A stretch of 64,000 nucleotides of DNA from the human T2T-CHM13v2.0 reference genome, Homo sapiens. The notes below the pieces were generated by a model, which ran no database searches, was not told where the DNA came from, and was given only the letters and a program-made list of their open reading frames with translations. Shown here piece after piece: positions 47,216 through 60,490 of this stretch (position 1 is its first letter; the number at the start of each line of letters is the position of its first letter). Made by a program: the position numbers and the translations under genes. The stretch lies in the NCBI RefSeq assembly GCF_009914755.1, contig NC_060936.1; one strand, 5' to 3'.

Positions 47216-48605
47216 AGGGAAAAATAACAGTCATTTCATTTCACTCACGTATGCCTGCATTATTAACACGCACGGTTTTAATAGCAGAATGCTACTCGTT
47301 GTTTCTAATGAAGTCATGCATGTGCCCTTCCCTTTGTTTCTGTTCAGGCTTTCCCTTTGCTAGGAATAACTCGTCTTATTTCCTTATCTCCCTCTAAGAC
47401 CTATCTTAGAATCCAAATTACCTCCTGCAAACTTCTCTAGATATTATTGGAAACAGCTTTGACTTGTTTTCATATGTTTATTTTTACTCATGTGTCTGCC
47501 TTCTTAGTAATGTATGCTTCTGTGATTGGAAATAATTAAATTGATATTTTCACAACAGAAAACATAGTCCTATATAATGTCATGCACATCACAAAGACTT
47601 ATTTCATGTGTTTGGTGATTAAAATGCCCAGGAAGAAAATTTTCCCTAGATATATCATTAATTGCTTTGTTTTAAGAAATGCACTATAGCTGGTATACAA
47701 TTGCTTGTGTACCAGAAGACATTTTGGAAAATAAACTCAATCTTAATACTGGATCTCAAATTTGCTAGCTGTGTAAACCTGAACAATTTTGTTTCTTGAT
47801 CTCACTGTCTCACTCATCACATATACCGGATGTAGAAAAGTGCTAACTATTATTATTATCTCTTTAATTCCATATTATCTGGATATTTGAATATCATTAT
47901 ATGCCTCCTAAAATTTTGTGTCAACACTCTTCAATGATTCATTATGCATTTGTAATTTACCAAATATTCCTTTTTCAAGGCCATGCTGAACTCAAAATTG
48001 TTCATGTTTTCAATCTCTATTTTACACAAAGAAGAAATGTGAGTATGTAGAACAAAAACACAGAGAAATTTCATTACTAAAAATTTCACCCTTATAATTT
48101 TTATTAACTTACCTATTTTAATCTTCTTTTAATTCTTTCCTCTATCTCGTTACCCTATCTCTAAAATCTTTCTTGTCTCTCTAGCTTTTCATACAGCTTT
48201 GTCTTTACTTCTTTCACAACATACAATTTCCTAAACCCATATTTATGTATTTCTCTCTGCTTCTGTTTTCCTATATCCCACTTTTCACTTTATCTGGTCC
48301 ATTCTCAAGAGCGAAACCTCAGAGGAAAACTGCAGTGGCTTGCTAACATTATTAGACTGTTACTGCTGATTTGGTATTGAGGTTCAGTATGGGAAAGCTT
48401 GGGTAGGTACCAACGGAGATTAAGGTGATGGAAACACTAAAAAGAATAGTGAATGAAATCATTCCCTGTGCCTCATTTTCACTGATCTGAAACTGGATCT
48501 TATTAGAAATGAAAGTTAATGAGACAGTAATCAAGCATTTGAGTTTGATTAGTTGAGTAAAATGATAAAGGTATACTGGCACTGGTTATCAGTGATGGTT
48601 AGATT

Positions 48606-48637
48606 TGTGTGTGTTTGTGTGTGTGTATGTGTGTGTG
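48606..48637. repeat. Imperfect (TG)n
   Basis: Direct reading. Confidence 0.85.
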
Positions 48638-49100
48638 CATGTTAAATGCAAAATATGGTCACATGTACTTCTAATGACAGGTATCATTTGGGGTTTTATA
48701 TGCAAAATTTAAAAATTTTTCTTCAATTAAACTTCTTTGAGCAAAAAGTGGTGTGCCATCCAAATTCTTGCATATTATCAAGAAAGAAAAAGCATTTTCT
48801 ATCCTTTAAGTTCTTTTAATTTCTCTGTAATTAATTCACATAAAATAAACGAGCAATTACTATCAGAATGTAGATTATTCTTGGGTAGCAAAGTTTTAGT
48901 TCTCTATCCAAATCCTCTGGAAACACAAACTATTATTCTTCCTGTCATAAGCTTCTTGAAAATATTAATGAACATCGTATTGCTGTATCTGAAACCTCAC
49001 TTTGCTAACTTTAGCTTAAACACTGTGATCACTGTTATTTTTCTGTAAAGATAATTATTACTTTTTTCTATACAGAGCTGATAAAATTCAGAGGATAGTA

Positions 49101-50039
49101 ATGAGAAACCATACCAGAATGACGGTGTTCATCCTAGCAGGTTTGACTGATAACCCAGAATTGAAAGTTGTGTTGTTTATCTTCCTGCTTCTCACCTATG
49201 TGCTGAGCATCACTGGCAATCTGATTATCATCACACTCACCCTGGTGGATATTCACCTTAAGACTCCCATGTATTTTTTCCTTCGGAATTTTTCCTTCTT
49301 AGAAATTTCCTATACTACTACATGCATCCCTAAATTGTTAGTTACTATGGCAACTGGGGACAAAAGCATTTCCTATAACAGTTGTGTCACTCAAGTGTTT
49401 TTTGCCTTCCTACTTGGAGGGTCAGAATTTTACTTGCTGGCAGCCATGTCCTACAACCGCTATGTGGCCATCTGTAAGCCTCTGCATTACACCACCATCA
49501 TGAGCAGCAAAATCTGCATGCATCTTGTGCTTGGGTGTTGGCTTGCTGGTTTTCTCATCATCTTTCCACACTCCCATTAGGCCTAAATCTTGACTTCTGT
49601 GCCTCCAACGTCGTTGATCATTTCTACTGTGACACTACTCCACTCCTGCAGATTTCTTGCACAGACACGCAGCTCCTGGAGAGGATGGGATTAATTTCAG
49701 CGTTGGTGACACTCTTAGTCACATTGGTAATGGTGATAATATCATATACTTACATTGCCCTGACAATTCTAAAAATCCCTTCAACCAGTGAGAAGAAAAA
49801 GGCTTTTTCCACATGTTCTTCTCACATGATTGTGATATCCCTTTCTTATGGCAGCTGCATCTTCATGTATGTTAAGCCATTGGTCAAACAAAAGATATCT
49901 TTTTCAAAGGGAATTTCGGTGCTCAATACCTCTGTTGCTCCACTTTTGAACCCTTTCATCTGTACCTTAAGAAACCAACAAGTGAAAAAAGCCTTCATTG
50001 CGTGTAAGGTACAGGATTGTCTCTTTCTCAAGGAAATGA
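49101..50039 (+). pseudogene. OR6C-family pseudogene (probably OR6C69P) with -1 and +1 frameshifts
   Basis: OR motifs split between frames (49101-49580, 49535-50107); 1-bp deletion at ~49569; SYNRY and NPFIC motif losses; acceptor AG at 49074-49075. The name is inferred from remembered gene order only. Confidence 0.93.
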
Positions 50040-51420
50040 ACATTCAATTGTATTATATAAAGGTAATGAAGAAAGGAGTCTCAAATAATGTCATTGTAGT
50101 ACAGTAGTAGCTTCCATGACACAGTTCTCTCTCTTTTTCTTTCTATTGCTTTGATATTTATCTTCATGTCTTTTCAAACTTTTTCATAAAATTTTTTGTT
50201 TTAGAGAAGCTAATTTTCTTTCACTATTTTATGATAGGTAGTTTTTATTTCTATCTTATTTTTTATTTAGACATCTGAAAGAAATTGAGCTAAATTTTTC
50301 ACTATATCTCATTTGACTTTTAAGCATTCCAGTTAACCAAGACTATTAAGTATTATTTTATTTAAATTTCATTTGATGTATCATGCAATGCAAAGGTTAT
50401 TATATTTTCTTTTACCTGTGATTAATTATAACCAAATTAAAACTAATATTTATTTATATTTTGTCAAACTACTAACTTATTGGTATATATTCTATTTAAG
50501 GAAATTAAAAGACAATTATAACATATTTGATCATAAGTGTTGAGAATAATTTAAAAATGTATATTAATGTATGTAATTTTTATTTTAAAACATATTCTAC
50601 AGAATCTAGTTATTTTGTTTCTATGAGAAGCTATATTTACAAACAGTTTAAGTTATGGTTGAGAGACAATGCATTATTGTATTGGTTTATTTTTAAAATA
50701 GAATATTTAATTCATATTTTCATACCTCTCAAAACTCTCTTTGCCTCACTTGGGATGCTCTGAAGCTAACTGCAAATGATTTGTGAATGATTATTAAATA
50801 AGATCAATGTGAACTCAATGTAGTTATTTTTTCAGAATGTATTTTCTAATATATATATCAAATATATATATATGAATGGTATACATAGATATAGACATAT
50901 GCATACATAGATATAGTTCCAATCAGTGAGACCAGGATAACAGAAGAATTAAAACTGTCTCTTAAGGAGATTTTCTAGCTATAGGTCAGATTCGATTAGA
51001 AATTAATTTCTGTGTGATGACCAGAATATTTTTAAATAAAAAAATAGAAAATATTTTCACAGATACACATCCTATTTCACGATTTTTTTCATAAATGTTT
51101 GTGTATTAGGCCACATTATTTTTTATTTCATATTTTAAAAATTGTGGATCTTGATTGGAAGAAAATATGTTTAAATAATAACATCTACAGGGGAAGAACA
51201 AAATATAGTCAGGGAGAAAAATACATATAGTATGTAATTAACTGGACAATTACACAAGTGTTTGTAGAAATTATAAAATGAATTAGGCCTTGAAAGATAT
51301 TTGGATTATAAATATGATTTTAGGAAAAGGGGTTATTTAAACATTGATTAATTTTCTTCTGTCATTTAAGTATACTTACTTTTCCATTTCCATTTCCTAT
51401 AGTGTTAGTTAACTTTTAGA

Positions 51421-51709
51421 TTTTCTTTTTTTTTTGAGATGGAGTCTCACTCTATCACCCAGGGTGGAGTATAATGGCATGATCTCACTGCAGGATCCTC
51501 CTTTGGGGCCCAAGCTATTCTTTGCCTCAGCCTACCTAGTAGCTAGGACTGCAGGTGCGCACCACCACACCCGGCTAATTTTTGTATTTTTAATAGATGG
51601 GGTTTCACCATGTTGGCCAGGCTGGTCTTGAACTCCTGACCTCAAGTGATCTGCCCACCTCAGCCTCCCAAAGGGCTGGGATTACAGGTGTGATCTGCCA
51701 TGCCCAGCC
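51421..51709 (-). mobile_element. Diverged AluS
   Basis: Dimeric Alu; TSD aacttttaga at 51411-51420 and 51711-51720. Confidence 0.93.
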
Positions 51710-53320
51710 AAACTTTTAGAAATTTTAAGAGCACAGGAAATGAAAAATATACATACAACATTTTGACGCAATCTAATAAAAGCAAATCCTAAGGCTCTCT
51801 CAATCTTCTGATTAGTTTTTACTGTTATGTGCCAAGGAGGATCAGTTTGCTTAAAATATCTTGCCCAAGTTAAATCACTAATTTGTTCCTGAGTTATTCT
51901 GAAATAGTTTATATGTTTTAAATTTTCTGTCATCTACTTTAGAAAGTGAATGCTCTGTAACTCTTAATAAAGATCTAGTACACTTAAAGCAAAACTTCCC
52001 CATTCCTCCTGACTTCTTCCCTTTCCAGGTGGATTAGTTATATCATCTGCCATCTCTGGTGCTTCAGTTGGTTTATGACATATCACTTACATTATACCTA
52101 TTAGAATCACTACCACTGGCCTCTGAATTATTAATCTCCAGGTAGTTTATTAATAGTGTCTCTTTTTGTTTTGTTTTAAATTATTGGTCTTCAGCTTGTA
52201 ACACAGCTTTTTAAATACAGGTACTTCTTACTTCTTGAGAGAGCTTCTACCTGAAATGTTGAAATGCTTTATGCTAAAATGCTTTCAGCTTTTCTTCTCA
52301 GGTGATGTACAAACTGTGGTATTAAAATAAGACCTTTATCTTGTGTACTACTCACTAAATGACAGGGACTGCTTGATATTCTATCTGATTGACCAATTCT
52401 GGAAATAACAGTGTGATATAAAAATTATTATTAGCATTAGGCATAGGATCAAAAGATATCTCAGTGAGGTTAAGATGGCCTTGAAAGATGTGGAGCTAAA
52501 AAGCATGGTCAAAATTTAAGCTCAGCAAGGCTTAGTTTTCACTATGCAGTTGAAGACTTTGTTGTCTTTTAAACTTTAATCTTCTGTCCTTTCTGAGCTA
52601 TGCATTAGAGGACATTTATTTTCTTTGCATACTGAGCACTCCAGGATAAAGACTAAAAGGATAATTAGTGGTATTACTTTTCCCTGGTTGGTAAGGATCC
52701 TCACATAAAGCTTCCACACTCTTTTGCCTCCTAATACCTTGTGTTACCTTTCTTAAGAACATTAACTGTCTTTACAAGGCAGAGTTAATCATTCAATTCT
52801 CTGTGCAACCTTTTTGTACCATTTAATTTTTGTTTAGCGACTCAATAGCAACTATCCTACAAAGGTCATTCTAGTCTGCCAGTTGACTTAGCCATCAAAT
52901 TACTTATTTTACTTAGTTCGTTTCACAATAAATTATAATAGATATGTGCTTCTCCAACTAATTTTATATGCAGACATGTTTGGTTAATCCATCACATTAA
53001 TATTTCCAAATTAAAATACATATACTTAAAAGACATTCATTTGCTATTCAAAGGAAAACTGTCAAAACTTTCATGTTTTGTTTCAAGAAATAGCTCAAAA
53101 TTTGATCAATTAAACAGTAATATAAAATGCTTTCCTCTCCAGAATAAATTTTATTTGTAAATTTCTTAATGAGTAAATTTCTTAGTAAGTTAAAAATAAT
53201 TTAAGGCTAAGTCACATTAGCTGTAATCTATGATTAGAATCTTTTAACATTTTAGGACATTTCTCATAAAAAGAAGTTCTCAGCAGAGCCTGAACTGTTA
53301 CTGAATATTTCAAAATGTAT

Positions 53321-53617
53321 TTTTTTTTTTTTTTTTTGAGACGGAGTCTCGCTGTCGCCCAGGCTGGAGTGCAGTGGCGCAATCTCGGCTCACTGCAGCC
53401 TCCGCCCCCTGGGGTTCACGCCATTCTCCTGCCTCAGCCTCCTGAGTAGCTGGGACTACAGGCGCCCGCCACCTCGCCCAGCTAATTTTTTGTATTTTTA
53501 GTAGAGACGGGGTTTCACCGTGTTAGCCAGGATGGTCTCGATCTCCTGACCTCGTGATCCGCCCGCCTCGGCCTCCCAAAGTGCTGGGATTACAGGCGTG
53601 AGCCACCGCGCCCGGCC
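53321..53617 (-). mobile_element. AluY, Ye-like subfamily
   Basis: Alu-strand 'gggcgaggtgg', 'aaccccagggggcgg', 'gcgacagcgagac'; CpG-rich; TSD tcaaaatgtattt at 53310 and 53618. Confidence 0.92.
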
Positions 53618-54255
53618 TCAAAATGTATTTTTTTATATTTTAGAATATATTGCCTATCCTTCATGTCTCTTTTCCTCAAATATGTTAGAATACCTATAGT
53701 CAGATATTGTAACTTGTAACAAATAGATACTAATTTTCATTAGTTGGTAACGATTTAAAAAGTTTAGTTACAGATGCTTTCTTATTTTTTTACTTTTTTT
53801 TTTTGCTTTATATTTATGGTATTATTTACTCAAAGCTGAATCAAGGTTTCTATTGTAATCAAATACTTGGAATATTCTACTTCTAAAAGATACTTCTTGC
53901 TTGTTTTGTAATATTGATTTGGAAAGCACCATTGCCTACCTATGGCTACCTATGGCTATTATTGTTATCCTTACTTTTCAAATTCACATTCTCTTCTCAT
54001 TCTCAATCTCAATCTCTTCTCAATTTTTAGCCTGTAATTCACCAATCCTTCTTTTTCCAAATTCATGAATCATCTATTTAGTGATGATAATGAATCTCAG
54101 TTGATCAGTGCCTTCTATTTGATGTAATTTCTTTGTCTAGGTTTAATGAAATATTATCTGGTTTTCTACATAGGCTTATTAGTGGTTCTTTCTCATCTCC
54201 TTGGCTGCATTCTCCTCTGAATGATTCCTAAATATTAAATTTATCAATCAACACT

Positions 54256-56497
54256 TGATATGGTTTGGCTGTGTCTCCACTCGAATCTCATCTTTAATTC
54301 CCATGTATTTATCGAGGTACCTGGTGGGAGGTAATTGAATCATGGGGCAGGTCTTTTCTGTGCTGTTCTCACAGTAGTGAATAAGTCACGAGATCTGATG
54401 GTTTTGTAAGAAGGAGTTTCCCTGCACAAGCTCTCCCTCTCTCTATTTGCCTGCTGCCATCCATGTAAGATGTGACTTGCTCCTCCTTGCCTTCTGCCAT
54501 GATTGTGAGGCCTCCCCAGCCACGTAGAACTGTGAGTCCGTTAAACCTCTTTCTTTTGTAAATTGCCCAGTCTTGGACATGTCTTTATTAGCAGTGTGAA
54601 AGCAGACTAATGCAGTAAATTGGTACAAGTAGAGTGGGGAACTGCTGAAAAAGATACCTGAAAATGTGGAAGGGACTTTGGAACTAGGTAACAGGCAGGG
54701 GTTGGAACAGTTTGGAGGGCTCAGAAGAAGACAGGAAAATGTGGGAAAGTTTGGAACTTCCTAGAGACTTGTTCGACAGCTTTGCCCAAAATGCTGACAG
54801 TGATACAGACAATAAAGACCAGGCTGCGGTGGTCTCAGATGGAGATGAGGAACTTGCTGGGAACTGGAGCAAAGGTAAGTCTTGTTATGTTTTAGCAAAG
54901 AGAGATCATTTATGGTATCTGGCAGAAGAAATTTCTAAGCAGCAAAGCATTCAAGATGTGACTTGGGTGCTTTTAAAGGCATTCAGCTTTATAAGGGAAA
55001 GAGAGCACAAAAGTTTGGAAAATTTGCAGCCTGACAATGCAATAGAAAAGAAAATTCCATTTTCTGGGGAGAAATTCAAGCTGGCCGAAATTTGCGTAAG
55101 TAATGAGGAGCTGAATTTTAATCCCCAAAACAATGGGGAAAATGTCTCCAGGGCATGTCAGGGGTCTTCATGGCAGTCCCTCACATCAAAGGCCTGGAGG
55201 CCTAGGGGGAAAAAGTGGTTTTGTGGGCTGGGCCCAGGGTCCCCATGTTGTGTGCAGCCTAGGGACTTGGTGCCCTGTGTCCCAGCTGCTTCAGCCATGG
55301 CTGAAAGGGTCCAACGTAGAGCGAGTTCGGGCTGTAGCTTCAGAGGGTGGAAACCCCAAGCCTTGGCAGCTTCCATGTGATGTTGAGCCTGCAAGTCACC
55401 AATATCAAGAATTGGGGTTTGGGACCTCTGCCTAGATTTCAGAGGATGTATGGAAATGCCTGGATGTCCAGGCAGAAGTTTGCTACAGGGGTGAGGCCCT
55501 CATGAAGAACCTCTGTAGGGCAGTGTGGAAGGGAAATGTTTTGTGGGAGCACCCCCTGCAGAGTCCTTACTGGGGCACTGCCTAGTGGAGCTGTGAGAAG
55601 TGGGCCAGCATCCTCCGGACTCCAGAATGGTAGATCCACCAACAGCTTGCACCATTCACCTGGAAAAACCACAGACACTCAATGCCAGCCTGTGAAAGCA
55701 GCCGTGAGAGAGGCTGTACCCTGTAAAGCCACAGGGGTGGAGCTGCCCAAGACCATGGGAACCCACCTCTTGCATCAGCATGACCCAGATTTGAGATATG
55801 GAGTCAAAGAAAATCATTTTGGAGCTTTAAGATTTGACTCCCTTGCTGGATTTCAAACTTGCAAGGGTGCTGTATCCCCTTTGTTTTGGCCAATTTCTCC
55901 CATTTGGAGCAGCTGTATTTACACAATGCCTGTACCCCCATTGTGTCTAGGAAGTAACTATCTTGCTTTGGTTTTACAGGCTCATAGTTTTAAGGGACTT
56001 ACTTTGTCTCAGATAAGACTTTGGGCTGTGGACTTTTGAGTTAATGCTGAAATGAGTTAAGACTTTGGGGGACTGTTGAGAAGGCATGATTTGTTTTGAA
56101 ATGGGAGGACATGAGATTTGGGAGGGGCCAGGGGCAGAATGATATTGTTTGGCTGTGTCCCCACCCAAATCTCATCTTGAATTCCCACTTATTGTGGGAG
56201 GGACCTAGTGGGAGGTAATTGAATTATGGAGGCAGGTCTTTCCCATGCTGTTCTCATGATAGTGAATAAGTCTCATGAGATCTGATGATTTTATAAGGAG
56301 GAGTTTCCCTGCACAACCTCTCTCTCTCTCTTTCTGCCTGCTGCCATTTAAGACTTGACTTTCTCCTCCTTGTCTTACACCATGATTGTAAGGCCTTCCC
56401 AGCCATGTGGAACTGTAAGTCCATTAAACCTCTTTCTTTTGTAAATTGCCCAGTCTTGCGTATGTCTTTATCAGCAGCATGAAAACAGACTAATACA
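54256..56497 (+). mobile_element. Complete THE1 (A/B-like) MaLR: LTRs 54256-54614 and 56140-56497, internal ORF remnants
   Basis: 5-bp TSD acact at 54251 and 56498; MaLR ORF peptides EGSEEDRKMWESLELPRD, TGALPSGAVR; polypurine tract before the 3' LTR. Confidence 0.96.
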
Positions 56498-57194
56498 ACA
56501 CTACACCTAAAAAGAGTATAGTGAAACTACTTTTAACGTAACATACACAGAGATCTTTGTCAGAAAAATTCTCATTAAGAACAGTAACATTGACAGCCAA
56601 ATTTTCAACAGAAAAGTGAGTAATACAGTTCAAGAGAAGTTTGAAATATACTTAGAACACACAACAATGCAAAATAAAAGTATTAAACGAATAAAGTCAA
56701 GAATGATAGCTCAAGAACATTAAAACTGACCCAAAGTAGCTTGTTGAAAAATGGATCGTGTATATTATTTATTTGTAAACTGACAAAGACAGTGCAAAAA
56801 CAACAAAAAAATCTCAGAGATCAATATATAACATAGATGTGCCTGCCAAAATTCTAAATAAAATTTTAGTAAAAACTTCAACAACAAAATAAATAAAATA
56901 AACCAAAGAGAACTTATTACTAGACATAAACTAAAACTCATATTATTATTCCCACAGAAGCTTAAAAGGGTCTTAACAGTTTGAAAAATTATTTCTGATG
57001 AATAGAAAGCAATAAAGAAAATGTAAATTGGTTATATTTTTATAACAAGTGTGCACTGACACACACACACACAGACACACGCCCTTATATTAAAACTAGA
57101 TTTTTATAGATTGTGCAAATAGTTGATACATTTTCACTAAAATGGCAAACAAGGAAAGAATATCTTCTATATCCACTTCTATTTATCATGGAGT

Positions 57195-57703
57195 AAAAAT
57201 TTAGTTCAAAGATCTCAATTGGCTTTATTGCAATTCTAGAATCTGGCAATACTTCATTTCATAAAACAGAATACATATTCCAATGAGTCCAGTGGAGAAG
57301 ATTGGCTTTCTAAACAGAAAAAGGGCTGAAAAAAACAGAAACAAAGAACAGAAAGCAGATTGGTCGTTTCAAAGCCTTTCCTTGTAAGTTGGGGGCAGGA
57401 GACAGAACAGTAGAAAGATTACTGACTGACTAACATAAGGTTACTTCATGTTACTTTTGGTTGTAAAGATTAAAACAGAGGGAACTTAATTATCATGTCA
57501 ATTGAAGATTAAACCTGGGCTATTTGGAAAACTGGCTGTTACTCTCTCTCCTGATTTCATAAAGTCAAGTAACAACTTAGTTTCCCTTTGTTGATTTGGA
57601 TCTTTAGCATGAATGACTACAGTCTGATTTAGTAGTGTGGTCTGTTGGGGCCTAGTGCAAAGCTTAATCTAAAAAAGTAATTTCCTATAAGTTTTAGTTA
57701 ACA
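57195..57703 (-). mobile_element. ERV1 LTR (MER67-like)
   Basis: 'aaagatctcaattggctttatt...ttctagaatctggcaa...aaagcagattggtcgtttcaaag'. Confidence 0.6.
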
Positions 57704-57789
57704 ATTGTAACAATGGCTAATTAACCATAATTAGCCACTGCTATTAGAGAAGTGAAATTAATCGAGGTAGCATTATTAAATAAGAAGTA

Positions 57790-58225
57790 TTTTTAAAAAT
57801 TTATTTTTATTTTATATATTAAAGATATACAACATAATGTTTTTATACATATACATAGTTAAGTGATTACTAAAGGTAAGAAAATTAAAATATACATCAC
57901 CTTTCACAGTTATCTCTTGTTTGTGGTAAGACCACCTAAAATCTACTGTCTTCACAAATTTTCAATATATATTACAATATTATTAACCATGGTCCTGCTG
58001 TCCATTAGACCTCTAGACTTATTCATTCTACACAACTGCAAGTTGGTACCCTTTGACCTACATTTCTCCGTTTCCTTACCCTCACCATCCCTGGTAACCA
58101 CTGTTCTATTCCATAGTAAGTATTAATAATATCATGCAGTATTTTTCTTTCTGTGTCTGGCTAATTTCACTTAGCATAATGTCCTCTAGGCTTCTCCATG
58201 TCATCACAAAATGACAGTATTATTT

Positions 58226-58271
<46 letters not shown>

Positions 58272-59062
58272 CAAATTTCCTTATCCATTCATCCATCCAT
58301 ATTCACTTAGGCTGCTTCCGTATCTTACCTATTATGAATAGTGTGGCAATGAACATGAGAGTGTAGATATTTATATGAGGTGTTTATTTTAGCTCCTTTT
58401 GTTATATACCCAGAAAAGAGAATGCTGGATCATGTGGTAATTCTACTTTTAAATTGTTGAATATCCTCCCTACAGGTTTTTATAACGTTTGCACCAATGT
58501 ACATTCCCACAAACAATGTACAAGGGTTCTCTTTTCTCCAAACCTTCACTGACACTTGTTGTCTCTTGTCTTTTTGATAGTAGACATCTTAACAGGTGTG
58601 AGGTAATGTATCATTGGTGTTTGGTTTTACATTTACCTGATGATTAGTGATGCTGAATACCTTTTCATATACATATTGGTCATGTTTATGTCTTATTAGA
58701 AATGTCTATTCAAGTCTTTTGCTCGTTTTTAAATTGTTTTCTTACTATCAAGTTACATTTCTTTATAGATTTTTTATATTAACCCCTTATCAATATATAG
58801 TTTCAAATATTTTTCCTATTCTGTAGGTTGTCTTTTCATTTTGTAAATTGTTTCTTTTGTGGTACAGAAGTTGTTTAGTTTAATTAGATCCCTCTTGTCT
58901 AGTTTTGCTTTTGTTGGCTGTGCTTTTGGTGTCATATCTAAAAATAATATTGCCAAGGCCAATATAAAAGTGCTTTTCTCCTATGTTTTCTTCTAGAAAT
59001 TTAAGATTTAAGATTTTTCATTTAGGTCTTTATCCATTTTCAGTCGGTTTTTGTGTGTGTTG
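57790..59062 (-). mobile_element. L1MA 3' portion containing (TG)~20 at 58229-58269
   Basis: 'ccctggtaaccactgttcta', 'tggctaatttcacttagcataatgtcctctagg', ORF2 3' remnants. Confidence 0.8.
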
Positions 59063-59519
59063 TAGATTTTTGAAAGATCTGTACACTGAATACTATAAAA
59101 CGTTGATAATAGAAGCTAAAGAAGAGACAAATAAATAAAAAGATATCTCCTGCTCATGGATTGAAAGAATTCATATTGTATAAATGTCCACAATACTCAA
59201 AGCAACAAATAGATTCAATGATGTCTTTATCAAAATTCTAAAGGTATTTTTCATGGAAGTAGAAAAACTATTCTAAAATTCTTATGGAATCACAAAAGAA
59301 ACTTTGTACATTCTCACAAAGAAGGACTATGCAGCTATAAAATATTTTGGGATATCTCCATAAATTGATATGGAGTGTTTGATTGGATATATTGTTAAGT
59401 GAATAAACAAAAAGGAAATAGGTATTTATAATATAGCACATTCAGCTCTAGGGCAATTGGTCTTCAAGAGGCTATGTTTTCCATCTCACATTCACTTTTC
59501 ATACTCAGTTAAAACATCC

Positions 59520-60490
59520 TTCCTTAACTATGTATCTGGGATTTCAAAAGAAGAATGTGTGGTGGACAATCAATGTATATTGAATTCTCTGGGGGCATAG
59601 TTACAAGAAGTAAAAGTGTGTGTGTGCGTGTGTGTGTGTGTTTATGTCCATAGAGACCATTTTTGTAAGATCCAATATGGTAATTCCCTAGGAGATGATG
59701 TTCTTGGATCTCAGTTATTCTGAGAATTATTTGTTTGTATTTCATATTTTCCTGTAATGCACAGAAGGCATAAGTTTTTTATGGCTTAAAGAGATGATTA
59801 ATTTCCATATTGCACTGTGTGTCATATTTAGGAAAGTATGCAATATTTAATATAAGTAAATTGTATAAAAAGTTATTTGATAAGCTTTCCTAACATGCAA
59901 TAAATTATTTTAAAATAATATTTCTAAGACAATCATTTAAGCTGATCATATTTTGGGGTAGAATAAAGTGCTTAGGGAAAGAATGAAATATCAATTTTTC
60001 CTGTTCACCAGGATTTTTAGTTTAAGTATTGAAGTACAGAAGAGCTGCCTGAATCTGTGTATATAACTTATTAAAGAAAGCAGTTAACCTACCTATTAAG
60101 GAGTTAGTCTTTTTACCTCCTTTTACATTTTAACCTGTAGATAATGGTGAAATATTATAAATAAAAAACAATAATTACTTAGATTTGAAAGTTTTAAAAT
60201 TATTGATATTTATGTTATAATATTTAACAAAAGTAAATATAATTGCATTTATTTGTCCGTGTTATCTTGATTTTATAATGTGATTTTTTTGTGTGTGTTC
60301 TTTCACAGTGCATGTTGGATGGATAGATGGTATGTATGATTGTTGAAATGGAACAAATCAATGGTTTGATATGATAAAATTCTAGTTTATGTAGCGTATC
60401 ACTGTGCATTTGTATTAATGTTGCCACTAGCAAGATTTGTATAAATGAAAAACATTTTATAATCTATTACTTCACTATTACCTGAATGTG
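59520..60490 (+). promoter_or_regulatory. Candidate OR6C upstream/promoter module, copy B
   Basis: O/E-like TCTCTGGGGG 59586 and TCCCTAGGAG 59685; GATTAATT 59796; colinear with 46190-47215. Confidence 0.55.
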
